A stretch of 64,000 nt of DNA, from the NCBI GenBank assembly GCA_964016885.1, contig OZ024760.1:11656001-11720000 (forward strand), in the 5' to 3' direction. The notes under the pieces are model-generated. The model made no database searches, had not been told where the DNA came from, and was given only the letters and a program-made list of their open reading frames with translations. The position numbers and the translations under genes were made by a program. This document shows positions 40,365-53,708 of the stretch, piece after piece (the stretch's first letter is position 1; every line of letters starts with the position of its first letter). Source of the DNA: Eledone cirrhosa. Taxonomy: Eukaryota.

Positions 40365-40368
<4 letters not shown>
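40062..40368. mobile_element. (TA)n-embedded ~307-bp palindrome (150-bp arms, 7-nt loop)
   Basis: Arms 40062-40211 and 40219-40368 with about 3 mismatches by eye. A single-arm relative lies at 35495-35585. Confidence 0.85.
40268..40334 (+). ncRNA. Minimal type I hammerhead ribozyme motif with palindromic stem III (mirror copy in the left arm on -)
   Basis: ttttat CTGATGA aaac-acaaatattatt[gcat]gatgatgtttgt-tttt GAAA tgcgca TA ataaaa. Confidence 0.65.
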
Positions 40369-40402
<34 letters not shown>

Positions 40403-40427
40403 TAGTCTTAAAATTTATTATTATTAT

Positions 40428-40616
40428 CGGTGGATTGGCAGTATCGGTAGAGGGTCGGACGCCATGCTTTCCAGCATAGTTACGTCCCTTTACGATCTGA
40501 GTTCAAATCCCGCCGAGGTTAACTTTGCCTTTCATCCTTACGGGGTCGATAAAATAAAGTACCAGTAATGCACCGGGTAATTGCTGGCCTTGTGCCTAAA
40601 GTAGAAACAATTATTA
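40428..40616 (+). mobile_element. Full-length tRNA-derived SINE, family 1
   Basis: Near-identical to the reverse complement of 6231-6420. Confidence 0.8.
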
Positions 40617-40985
40617 TATATATATATATCAATAAACATCAGAGGCAATATTCATTTGGTTTTGGTTTATTAAAATCCGTAATGTACATTTCGCTGAGGT
40701 TTATTTTTGTTGTTGACACGGGAGACTGACAGACTTGTGATGTTATTTCCTCATCGGTCTGCCCCTGTATATATATATATATATATATATAATAATAATG
40801 AAATGACAGGAGGCTGGATAATATTTAACTCCGTAATAGCACCACCAACTACAAAAACAAAGACGGTTGAACTGCCTTACGTTGAGTACTCTCTATATTA
40901 TTGCATTACGATTGACCATCCGGAATTGACCAGCTCTATACAGTGGTGAACCTCAAACTTGAATATATATATATATATATATATA

Positions 40986-41258
40986 TTAGAAAGTGAGGTT
41001 TTTTTTACAAAATGAAAAATAACCGAGGTGTCCTACACGAGTGAAAGTATAAAGAAAAAAGATGAAATCGAAAATGCAACTGGAGTCTTATTTTTTTTTA
41101 AATATATATATTTATTTGGTTCCTTTACCGGTTTCGCAGTTCTTCTGCTTTACAAAAGTAGAGTTGAGATGGAGGGTCTGTGGTTTTTCAACCAAATAAA
41201 TATATATATATTTTTTTTAAATAAGACTCCAGTTGCATTTTCGATTTCATCTTTTTTT

Positions 41259-41265
<7 letters not shown>
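40986..41265 (-). mobile_element. (TA)n-embedded fold-back element with ~74-bp arms and a tail
   Basis: Arms ~41048-41121 and ~41190-41265, tail 40986-41047. The spacer has an HHR-like 3' half (GAAACCGGTA) on the minus strand. Confidence 0.7.
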
Positions 41266-41324
<59 letters not shown>

Positions 41325-41484
41325 TAGTATTAAGGATACTATTTATGGTTATGTATATAGTAAAACCTTTTATAGTTATATATATTTTAAACCCTAAATA
41401 GTGAAAGACAGTAATTTATTACTATCTTATTACCAGTAAGATAAATAGCTCAATGTAACAACATCAGTTGTTTTACAGAGCAGT

Positions 41485-41517
<33 letters not shown>

Positions 41518-41521
41518 CAGT

Positions 41522-41605
<84 letters not shown>

Positions 41606-41650
41606 GAAAGTAAAACAAAGAAGCCTTCAATACATCAAAAGTCTTTATTA

Positions 41651-41688
41651 GCCGACAATGTTTCGTCCTATTAAGGACTCATCAGGGC
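41651..41688 (-). ncRNA. Canonical minimal type I hammerhead ribozyme motif
   Basis: Minus strand: gcc CTGATGA gtcc[ttaata]ggac GAAAC att GTC ggc. Textbook core with G10.1-C11.1 and a GUC site, inside the TA-flanked insert 41621-41960. Confidence 0.85.
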
Positions 41689-41957
41689 AATTAAAACAAC
41701 AAGTATTATCGGCCAATACAAGCCGGAAACTCCGAAGAATATGGAGTGTACATACACTAAAGTATTGCAAGATTATGGGTAAAAATATATAATAAAAATA
41801 TATAATAAAAATTACTAAGGAGGTGTATAACATTAAGAACCATATTACAAATATAGTCCAAAGCAAAAAAACCCTAGAGCTAAACAAAGGTGGTTATATA
41901 GAGCAGGAATACACTGGAGCGTGTTGTTTAACTCCAACACGCTCCAGTATTTTAACT

Positions 41958-42017
<60 letters not shown>

Positions 42018-42337
42018 AAAATGTTTGACCCCAACGGCAGATTAATGTTTGGTTCGAGATTTTCTTGTGGCAGTAATCGGTAGAGCGTCGGACAAACAAA
42101 CAAAATTACAGTTTGCGGTATCTAGTTACAGCAGTCTATCCTTCCAGTTTGTAAACTATTATAGTTGTAATAATAACATAGCTTGTTAACTAATTAATTC
42201 TGGTTATAATAAATACATAGCTTGATTACTGTTAATTATAGTTATAATAAATACATTGTTTGTTCACTAATTAACTATTAATTGTTAACTAATACTTTAA
42301 CCTTTGTGTCTTGTTTTTCTGTGAAAGGTTCCTCACC

Positions 42338-45300
42338 ATGTACTGTGCCTCAGAACCAACCCATGTTTTCCGAATGAAGAGGGACTTTGCTGCATTTATT
42401 GGTAACAGTCCATGCAACAGCAGTAGGAAGGTACGAAGAACAGCAGCTGACCTCAAATGCTTCCTCGATTTTGACCAGACCATACTCGAAGACACCTCTA
42501 CGCAACTGTCGGACACTTCTGGTTAGTATAAGTTGATACTTTGTTATATCAAGTAAAAACCAAAATGGCAACCCTGCACGTCATCATCATCATTTCCGTT
42601 TAGTGTGAATTCTTCTCTGCTTACATGGGTTAGATGGGTCATCCATGCTGGGAAGCAAGTCTGGCCATAGTTGGTCTGATGAGGACTGTAAATTTGGCTG
42701 GGTATTTTACAGCTGGATGCCCTTCCTAACACCAACCTCCGTTATGAGGAGGGACAGACCAGTTAGAGACAAAAGTGCAAATTGTTTGATTTATCTTGGA
42801 CTGTTTCAGCTTCCCATCTAAAAAGAGGGTAATAGCCCTGAAATATGATGCCATAATATACTGGGTAACACATTATTTTGCTTTGTCTCATTTACCATCA
42901 GTTGCTCTTCATATTTTCTACCACATTGTACCAGCTTTTAAAACACTTATTGATCATTTACTAAAAGTAGTGTTTTATTCAGAAAGCTACTGCAATGTAA
43001 ATGAAACATTAACCCGTTAATATTTACATTACTCTATATATACTGATGTATTTTCATGGTAAAGGCTTTACCTCACATAATATCTCACATAACATTTACA
43101 TTACTCTATATTGACTATTGTATTTTCACAGTAAAAGCTTTACCTCACATAATTATCTCACATAATATCGAATCTATGAGATTTTGATATTATTTATTTT
43201 GAGAACAATACCTTAGCATCAGTATGAGTGGCTGGTTACAGCCAGTTTGAACAGAAAGAGGTGAGATAATTCTGGCCAGATAAGCCGGTTTAAATGCTAA
43301 AGGGTTAAATGTTAAATATATAATGATAACAAAGATGGGAGGATGTTACAATGGAGTTGTTTAATAGTCCTCCTTAATATTTCAGGGTAAAATCCCTTCA
43401 TCAAAAGAAGAATTGAGGAAACTAATTCAGAGCAAAGATATGTGTTGTTCTTGTGTTGATATTTTTGAATTTCAGTACAATTCTTAACTTTAATCCTTTT
43501 GAAACTGTCTCTAATGAAAGGTATAAATGAGAAGAAAAGGTCATTTTGTCTGCAAGGGTGCAGCTGAATCACAGCTCTGACCTACATGTAGATTCTCTCA
43601 CCCTCTCCGCTTCCCATTTTCTTTCTTACCTTATCTAGTAGTCCTTGCTCTTCCCCTCCTTTTCCTCTCATTTATGGCATTTATAGTCATTTCCAATGCT
43701 GCTTTCTTTTTCTCTCTGTTTAACCAATTTATAAAAAATATTGTATTTCAATTAATTTTTCCTTTCGTTACCATATTTCTGATGAAAGACTTTGCCTGTG
43801 ATTTTCAAATAATAAAAAAAAAAAAGTATTTGGAGGGATTAATTAATATAACTGACTTATTATTAATCTGGTAATTGGAATGTAACTTAATATAGGTTCT
43901 TACATAAAATTATGGTGGAAGATTCTTAGGTAAAATTAAGTTTTATATCATGAAAGTTAGTTATATTAATTACTAAATCCTTCAAAATTCTTGGAACCCT
44001 AAACTAATTTATTGAAAATTTTAGGCAGTGTTTTTCAGTAGAAACATTAATGAAAAGGTTAAAGACTTTGGGACCTGTGACTTTGATTTTGGAATATTTT
44101 AAGTGGTTAACTGGGTGGGTTTGTATATTTCAAAACTAGAAACATGTTGACAAAAGGGTCAAAGACTTTTTTTTATCCTAGAAATATGTTAACGAAAGGA
44201 GAGATATGTTAATGAAAGGGTTAAAGACTTTGAGTGTTGTGACTTTGATCCTCGAATATTTTAACTGGTTAACTCTTTGGGTTTGTATATTTCAGTCAAG
44301 GACATTGATTCCTCGCTGCAAGAAGCTAATGTTCTTAAATGGAAGAGTGATGTGGCAAAATATGAAGCTCAGGTTCAATTTTTGGAAGTGGAGTTGAAAC
44401 AATCTTTTATTGAATCAACAAAACAAATTAACTTGGAAAAACATGAGAAAGAGGTATTGAAAAATAATATCATCATAATTTAACCCTTTAGCATTCACAT
44501 TATCCTATATTTACTATTATATTTTCACGGTAAAGGCTTTATCTCACATAATATCGGATCTGACCATGTGTTGTATATTTGACCACTGTCTGTTGACCAT
44601 GTCTGATGTGCTTGACCATTGGTCCATGCCTGTGTGGTGTGTTTAATCATTATTTATTGACCATCAACTGACCATGTCTGATGTGTTTGACCACTAACTG
44701 ACGTGTTTGACCACTAACTGACTGTGTCTGGTGTGTTTGACCACTAACTGACCATGTGATGCTTTTGACCAATAACTGACCATATGTGATATATTTGACC
44801 AATAACCGACCATGTGTGGTATATTTGACCACTAACTGACCATATGTGGTATATTTGACCAATAACTGACCATATGTGATATATTTGACCAATAACCGAC
44901 CATGTGTGGTATATTTGACCAATATCTGACCATATGTGATATATTTTACCAATAACCGACCATGTGTGGTATATTTTACCATTAACTGACCATGTGTAAT
45001 GTATTTGACCACTAACTGACCATGTGTAATGTATTTGACCACTAGCTGACCATGTGTAATGTATTTGACCACTAGCTGACCATGTGTGGTATATTTGACC
45101 ACTAACTGGCCATGTGTGATATATTTGACCACTAACTAGCCATGTGTGATATATTTGACCACTAACTGACCAAGTGTAATGTATTTGACCATTACAGCAA
45201 TGTCAGGAGAAGACCGAGGAACTGCGGACTCAATTAAAGTTACTCTATGAGAAAGAGAAACATCTTGAAACAGAAAATAGTGAAATGTTAGAGAAACTGA

Positions 45301-45448
45301 ACAAGATGGAGTCTGAGGTTGTTTCTTTGAAGAAAGAAATGGCAGCCTCTGATTCTAACAAACAAGAGGTAATGCTGGTACTATCTTGGTGATTTTTACT
45401 TCCTTATAGCTCTCTCTCTCACACCTATCTCTTTCTCATAAACACACA

Positions 45449-45484
<36 letters not shown>

Positions 45485-48400
45485 TTCATTCAATCTCTCA
45501 CTCACTCTTTCTCTCATTCCATCTCTTTCACTCTCTCTGTCTATATATATATCTCTTTCATTCTATCTCTCTCTTTACATTATTCATACTCTCACTCTCT
45601 CTTATATTTCTCCCCAGAAAAATCTAGAACTTGAACTAGAGCTCTGTTCCTACAAAGAAAAGGTGTTTGATTTGAAGACGAAGCTACAGACAAATCAGAC
45701 GGAGTTGTCTGAGATGAAGATATTGCTGTCATCCTCTAAAAAGTAAGTTTTCATGGTAAAGGCGATCATGTCTTGCTCATACACATCTGTATCTTGGCTG
45801 GATGCCCTTCCTAACGTCAATCACGTTACAGTGGGGACTGGGTGCTTTTAGCCATGTCACCAGCACGACCACCTTATAGGGTAGACTGGGTACTTTTTAT
45901 CATGGTGTCAAAATGACCACCTAACAGTGAGGACTGGGTGCTTTTAGCCATGTCACCAGCACGACCACTTTATAGGGTAGACTGGGTACTTTTTATCATG
46001 GTGTCAAAATGACCACCTAACAGTGAGGACTGGGTGCTTTTTTATCGTGGCACCAGCACGACAACCTTGTGGAGTGGGGAATGGGGGCGGGTTTATCTTG
46101 GTACCAATACAACCACCTTACAGTTGAAGAAATTTGAATATGGGTTTTTAATCTAGGCACAAGACCAACATTTTGTGGGAAAGGGAAAGGTTGATTATAT
46201 CTAAACCCCCCTCCCCCAGTTCATTATTGGTACTTTATTTTATCAACCTTGGAAGGATGAAAGGTAAAGTTGACCTCGACGGGATTTGAACTGAGAGTGT
46301 AAAAAGCCAGTATATAAACCATGAAGCATTCTATCTGATGCTCTAACAACTCTGCCAATTTATTGCCATTTTATAACAACACCGACTGGTTTATTATTTA
46401 TTGCCATTTTATAACAACACCGACTGGTTTATTATTTATTGCCATTTTATAACAACACCGACTGGTTTATTATTTCAGACAACTGATAGCTGCACACGAA
46501 CAAATCGAGACGATGAAAGTTTATGAAACTGGTATGGAGAATTCCTACAAAATGATAAAGGTGAGTTATTTACTAACTTTTAACCCTTTCACCATTAACC
46601 TGTCTAAAGTCTGTCTCGAGCCCAAAGGCTCATCAGCCCAGTGCATATCCTTGTTTTCATGCTGTTAAGCGACTGAGAGTTCAAGAACTCCCCTGGTCAG
46701 GACGCCAGTCCATCACAGGTTTAAAGTCTGTCTCGTGCCCAGAGGCTCATCAGGCTGGTGCATATCTCGTTTGCTGTAGCGTGAAGTGACTGAGAGTTGA
46801 AGACTCTCCCCTGGAAAGTACACCAGTCATTGAAAGATTAATTCCCCAACTATTACTGCTGAAACACATTTTCAGCTGAGTTTATTGGAGTCACATGAAA
46901 TGAAATGAAGTGTTTTGCTCAAGAACGCAACACAGAACCCAGTCTAGGAATGAAACCCATGACATTATGATCGTAAGTCCAACACCTTACCACTAGGCCA
47001 CGTGTCTCCACTACCTTTGTCCTATACAACTGGTTAAATCCTTTATCATCTGTCTGTTCTTTTATGGTGGGATGGGTTGGATGGGTCATCACAAATCAAG
47101 TCAGATCTACTGACATCCTCGACAGTCCATGGGCAGTTTCTCACTTACATACATTCTGGTTTTGGCGTGGTTTCTACAGCTGGTTGCTTATCCTATCACC
47201 AGCCACTTTACAGAGTGTACTGGGAGCAGTTTTATCATGGCCCCAGCACTAAGGAGGTTGTTATGTCTTTGACACAACTGAAGAGCCCAGTCCACTCCTC
47301 TCAACTTTTTGCTCAGCATAGTCTCAACAGCTGGCTACAAATCCTATCATTAACCACTTTACAGAGTGTACTGGGTGCATTTTTTTATCATCATGGCCCC
47401 AGCACTAGGGAGGTTGTCTTGTCCTTGACACAACTAAAGGGCCCAGTTCAGTACATAGATATATTCAATTATTTGGCTCCAGCTCTGAATAAGTTTATAG
47501 TCATTTGCTAGCTTGAAGGAGTTGTTTCCCCTGTTAAACTTTGCCTTTTTAAAATAATTTTTTCTACTTTTTGACTGTGGAGAGGGGTGGGTTCTGCTAG
47601 GCTGGTCTTGGTCCATTGACCAAGACCAGCCTTATATTATTATGGCAACCCCTATGATTTCCATCAGTTTTTAAGGGCCCATATATATGTGTATGGTTGG
47701 AGGGAAGGGCAGTGCTCATGGCTCTTTTCAGTGACAACCAAGATTGTTTTTTTTTTTATATATATACCATATATACTTGAATACAAGCTGAGGAATATGG
47801 GACCAAAAAATCGATTGTAGAAGTGGGGTTGACTTATATTTGGGGGTCAATATTTTGACGATTTTTCATCAATCATCAACTTCAAATTCTACCTAATAAT
47901 AAGCAACTTCAAATAATACCTTCATCATCGTTTAACGTCCATTAATGAGTATGTACAGTAATTCATTTATTAAATTTAATTTCAGGAACTTGAACAGAAA
48001 CTCAGTCGGTTTGAAGACGAAGCAATTCTAAAGAAGAACCTTAAGCTGCAGCTCTCCAAGATGGAAGAACTGGAGAAGGAAGTGGAAATGCTTAGGGTTG
48101 ATAACACTTATCTCACGTAAGTGTATGATGATAATAATAGTAGTGAGGATAGAGATAGTAGTGATGATGTTGATGATCATGATGATATAGTAATGATGAT
48201 GATGATGGGTTTATTGTCATTTTTCAGGAACAATCAAGAAAATACAGCTGTGATTAAAGAGAAGCTGGACAGTGCTCAGAAGAAGATTGGTCGCTATGAA
48301 CAGCGTCTCTCACAGTACAGCACCATGGAGTGTAACTACGAGGTAACCACATCCTCCCTCTCTCCCAACCTGTGTAATCCTCCATCCTCTATTTCTTTTT

Positions 48401-48928
48401 CCTCCTCATCTTTGTCCCCTCTCTCTCTGTATATATCATCATCATCATCATCATTTTACGTCCGCTCTTCCCTGCTTGCAAGGGTGGGACGGGTCTTATT
48501 CAGCACAGCATCTCTCCACTCGTCACGGTCCTTCGTCATCTCCACCGTGAGCTTCAATGATCTGAGGTCTGTTCTCACCACCTCCGCTCATGTTTTTCGT
48601 GGTCTACCTCTACCATGTCTTCCTTCAACTGACAATTCCTGGCACTTCTTCACCCATCGGTCATCCTCCATGCGCATCACATGTCCATACCACCTCAGTC
48701 TCCTCTCCCGCACACTACATTCTATCCCTCTCAGACACAGTTTCTCTCTCAACACATTCATGCTGGGTCTTTCACGCACATTTACACTGCACATCCAACG
48801 GAGCATGCTTGCCTCATTTCTCTCCCTCTGCAGTTGCTGCCCATGTCTCACTACCATGCAGCATTGCGCTCCTCACACAGGCATCATACAACCGGCCTTT
48901 CGTATGCAGGGAGAAACCCTTCTTCGTC

Positions 48929-48959
<31 letters not shown>

Positions 48960-51900
48960 GGAAAAGTGTCAGGACCCCGGCAGCTGAGTTCCGGCCGTTT
49001 CAACAGCTAGATCCGGATCTAGCTGTTGAAACGGCTGGAGCTCAGCTGTCGGAGTCCTGACACTTTTCCTATTACCCACTCTACTACCCTAAGTATCAAG
49101 TACTCTGGTGCGTTATGGTCCACCTGGTTTTTTACCACACTTCCTTCGTTATATATATATATATATATAGAGTAGTAGTAATAGGTAGGTAAAAATATCC
49201 AAGGTATAGAACAATGGAAGTCTGTTGGGGGAATTTGAATATAATTATTAAGGCCAGTTGCTACAACAGTGCCACACCAAGTAGATATGATGTTGGTCAG
49301 TGACCAACAAAACCTATGTACCTGATATGGCGCTGCTGTAGTAACTGGCCTTAATAATTATATATATGTAAACTCACTACTACTCTATCTGTGTTAACTT
49401 ACTACTACTCCCTGTCTATTTGCTAGGTTGCCAAACAACAGCTTCAACAATGGCAGTCCTTGGATGATGGCAGAAGCAGCAGCCATAATTTGTGAGTTCT
49501 TTGGTTTTTTTTAATATCTTTACTTTTCTATCTTTTTCCATCTTTCTTCTTCTTAGTTCTCTTTCTTTATATATATATATATATACATAAAGTTTCAGAT
49601 CATCCCATCCCATCCCACTTAGGGTAAAAACAGAAGTTTTTTGCTTAAACTTTTAATCTGTACTAATAAATATTTGCTCTATGGGTTTATATATATGCTT
49701 AGATACATGAAGGTGCATGGCCTAGTGGTTAGAGCATTGGGCTTGCAATCGAAAGGTTGTGAGTTCAATTTTCGCACTGGGTGATGTGTTGTTTCCTTGA
49801 GCAAGACACTTTATTTCACATTGTTCCAGCTTACTCAGCTGTAGAAATGAGATGATAGGGTCTGGGGTCCCTATCATTCCACTGCAAAGTGGTCGTGGAG
49901 GTGCCACGGCAAAAAAGCACCCAGCACTCACTCACTGTAAATGAGGTTGGTGTTAGGAAGGGCATCCAGCTGTAGAAATCAAGCCAGAATCAGTTCCTGT
50001 CCCACCCTTGCAAGCAGGGAAAAGTGGACGTAAAATGCTGATGATGATGATGATGATGATATATATACTTAGATATATATACAACCATTATTGAGCCCTC
50101 TTTGGCTTTTGGTGTTTGTATTTATTATTACTATATATACCATCATCATCATCATCGTTTAACGTCTATCTTCCACGCTAGCATGGGTTAGATGGGAATT
50201 GTCCCACTTGAGGCAAGATTGATCCGGTGACCATGTCTCACTTGTATAGGACTATCTGGCAGGTTTTCTATGGCTGGATGCTCTTCCTACCACCAACCAC
50301 ATTTACAGTGTGGACTGGGAGCTTTTTACCGTGTTTTCAAAATTCAATAAAACCAAGGATTAAAATTATTGTTTATTTACAAATCTACAAACGTTTCAAT
50401 ACAGCTAGATATTATACATCAATAATGGAGAATTTTGAATTATAAATGCTCTGCTACTATAACTATTCACTCCTGAAGAACGAAGGGTAAAGGAGGCATT
50501 GAGGTTAACTTATCTTACCAATGAAAATACTGAACCTAAACTCTATAACCTCCTATATTATTAATATATATTTACATTTTGTTAAACAAAAATCTCATTA
50601 CTGAATTCTACTGCATAATGATTAGTTGAATTCCACTACTATAGGCTTTCTGATGAAGTGTAATTGCATATGATTGAACAATATATAGTGTAGTCAGCAT
50701 ATGTAGACAATTTATAATAAACACAGAAACATATGTTAAAGCAAATAAATTCATAATCTCTTCTCGCGCCGTTTTACTTTTCTTGGTGTAATACTTGCTT
50801 ATATATATATCTTTTGTTGGACAGGACGCCATCAGTTGTGAAGAAAACCATTTATGACTTACAGAATGCTGAAGCTGTCTTTTTGGAGAAGAATGGTAAA
50901 TTACAGGCATTGTAAGTTCCTTTATAGAATGTCTTGATTGTGCTATGTATATGTGTAGGATATGGGACAGCTGGAGAGAAATGAAGCAAGTATGCTCCAT
51001 TGGATGTGCAATGCCAATGTGCATGAACAACCAAGCGTAGATGGGTTGAGAGAGAAACTGTGTATAAGAGGGATAAGTTGTAGTGTGCGGGAGAGAAGAC
51101 TGCGATGGTATGGACATGTGATGCACATGGAGGATGACCGCTAGGTGAAGAAGTGCCAAGAAATCCCAATAGAAGGAAGGCGCAGTAGAGGAAGACCTTG
51201 AAAAACATGGGCGGAGGTGGTGAGAGCTGACCTCAGATCGCTGAAACTCACGGAGGAGATGACGAAGGACCGTGACAAGTGGAGAGATGCTGTGCTGAAT
51301 AGGACCCGTCCCCACCTTGCAAGCAGGGAAAAGATGACGTAAAATGATGATGATGATATATATGTGGGTGTATATATGTGTGTGTGTACATGTGTGTATA
51401 TATATATGTGTGTGTGTGTGTATATATGTATGTGTGTGTGCATATATGTATGTATATATATGAGTGTGTGTATGTATATATATGTGTGTGTGTATGTATG
51501 TATATGTTTATGTATGTATGTATATGTTTATGTATGTATGCATGCATGTATATATATCTATCTATATATATATATATATATATAATCACTATGATTTTGT
51601 TCCAATATTGTGTACAGAGTGACCACTCAAGAAAGCACAATAAAACAACTTCAGAATGATGTCCAGCGGCTGGAGTTGAGCCTTGCTTTCCAGGACTCCA
51701 AGAACCAACAGAATATGGATCAGATCCGGTCATGGCAGAAACGCTGCTACAGGATATCGGCAGTAAATATCTACATTTATATATAAATTTGAGCGACTTC
51801 TGTCTGTCCGTCACACAATGTGTGTGTGTGTGTGTGTGTAAAAAGAAAGAAGGGGATGGTGAAAACACTATAATAAAACAGCGACTGGCGTTCCATTTGC

Positions 51901-53632
51901 TGTGCTGTGTGTAATTGTATGTTTGTGTGTGTGTGTTTGCACGTTTATATTTATATACTTATACATATAAATGTATGCACAAACGCGTCAGACAGGTTGG
52001 GGGATAGAGAAGCCTCTTTAGTTGTGTCACGGGTTACTGTGGGTGGAGCATGACAACCTTCAATATGTTGGCGATTTACATGGTACAAACACACCCAGTA
52101 CACTCTGTAATGTGGTTGTTGATAGGAAGGGTATTAAGCTGTAGAAGACGTACCAAATGATAGAGAAAATACATTCAACCCATAACAGCATAGAAACATG
52201 GATATAAATTGGGGATGATAATATACATACAGTATATATATATATATCATCATCATCGTTTAACGTCTATCTTCCACGCTAGCATGGGAGTTGTCCCACT
52301 TGAGGCAAGATTGATCAGGTGACCATGTCTCGCTTGTACATAACTGTATCTGGCAGGTTTTCTACGACTGGATGCCCTTCCTAACACCAACCACATTTAC
52401 AGTGTGGACTGGGTGCTTTTTACCGTGTCTCCTACACAACCACTTTACATAGATAGATAAAACACCTTTAAACAATATATAGAAGCAAATACATTTGAAG
52501 GTGTTAAATAAAAACATTGCTTACATAACGATTAAGTTCAACCATTTAAATATAACTTAATTGTTATGTAAGTAATGTTTTTATTTAACACTTTAAATTG
52601 TATTTGGTTCTATATATATATATAAACATACTTACATGTTTACGTTTATAATTTGTTTGTATATATATATATATTAAAGCCTGGTCAGTTTCTCAATTGA
52701 AGCTCCAGTCCAAATAAATGAAATAATTGAGATTGAGATCGTGTAGGTGTCACGACAAAAAAAACACACAGTCCACGCTGTAAAGTGGTTGTGTAGGTAA
52801 CACGGTAAAAAGTTCCCAGTCCACACTGTAAATGTGGTTGGTGTTAGGAAGGGTATCCAGCCGTAGAAAACCTGCCAGACAGTCCTATACGAGCAAGACA
52901 CGGTCACCCGACCAACCTTGCCTCAAATTGGGACAACTCCCGTCTAACCCATGCTAGCGTGGAAGATAGACGTTAAACAATGATGATGATTGTTTAAAAT
53001 TATTAAGTTTATTCAGCTTTTACTGAGAAACATTCTCTATACATATTTTATATGTATTGATTAAACTTAAAATTAAAATTAAATTATATATATATATATA
53101 GTGGTAGAACACTGGAAGGTAATATCCGTAGTGGTAGAGCACTCAGTCCAAGGGACGAGTTAGGTAGAAATGGTTACACAACAGTTAGTTCACCATACCG
53201 AGAACAATTGTTTCACCTTAGCGGATCCTTAGCTCGTAATCATATATATATATATATATAGTAGAGTGCATCCAGCTGTAATGTTGGGCAAATCTGGTAT
53301 ATAAGATGAGGTTGATGGGCATAAAAAGTATATTTTTTCATTGAATCGTTTTTTTTTCTATTTGAAGGAACGAGATGGCTACCAACAGATTATCGCATCG
53401 TATGACCATGAATCTACGATTATGAACTCTGACTCCATAATGAGAACTCGGATTAATACGTTGGAGCAGATGGTTGCCAAACTACGGCAGAGCATAGAGA
53501 CGCAGGAAAGTTCACTAAAGACCACCACCACTGGACAGGCTGGACAGCTAAAGCCACCAGAGGTAGACAACTGCCATTGCTTTATTTTTGAGCATATTGA
53601 ACACTTGTTTGTATCTCTCTCTCTCTCTCTCC

Positions 53633-53708
<76 letters not shown>

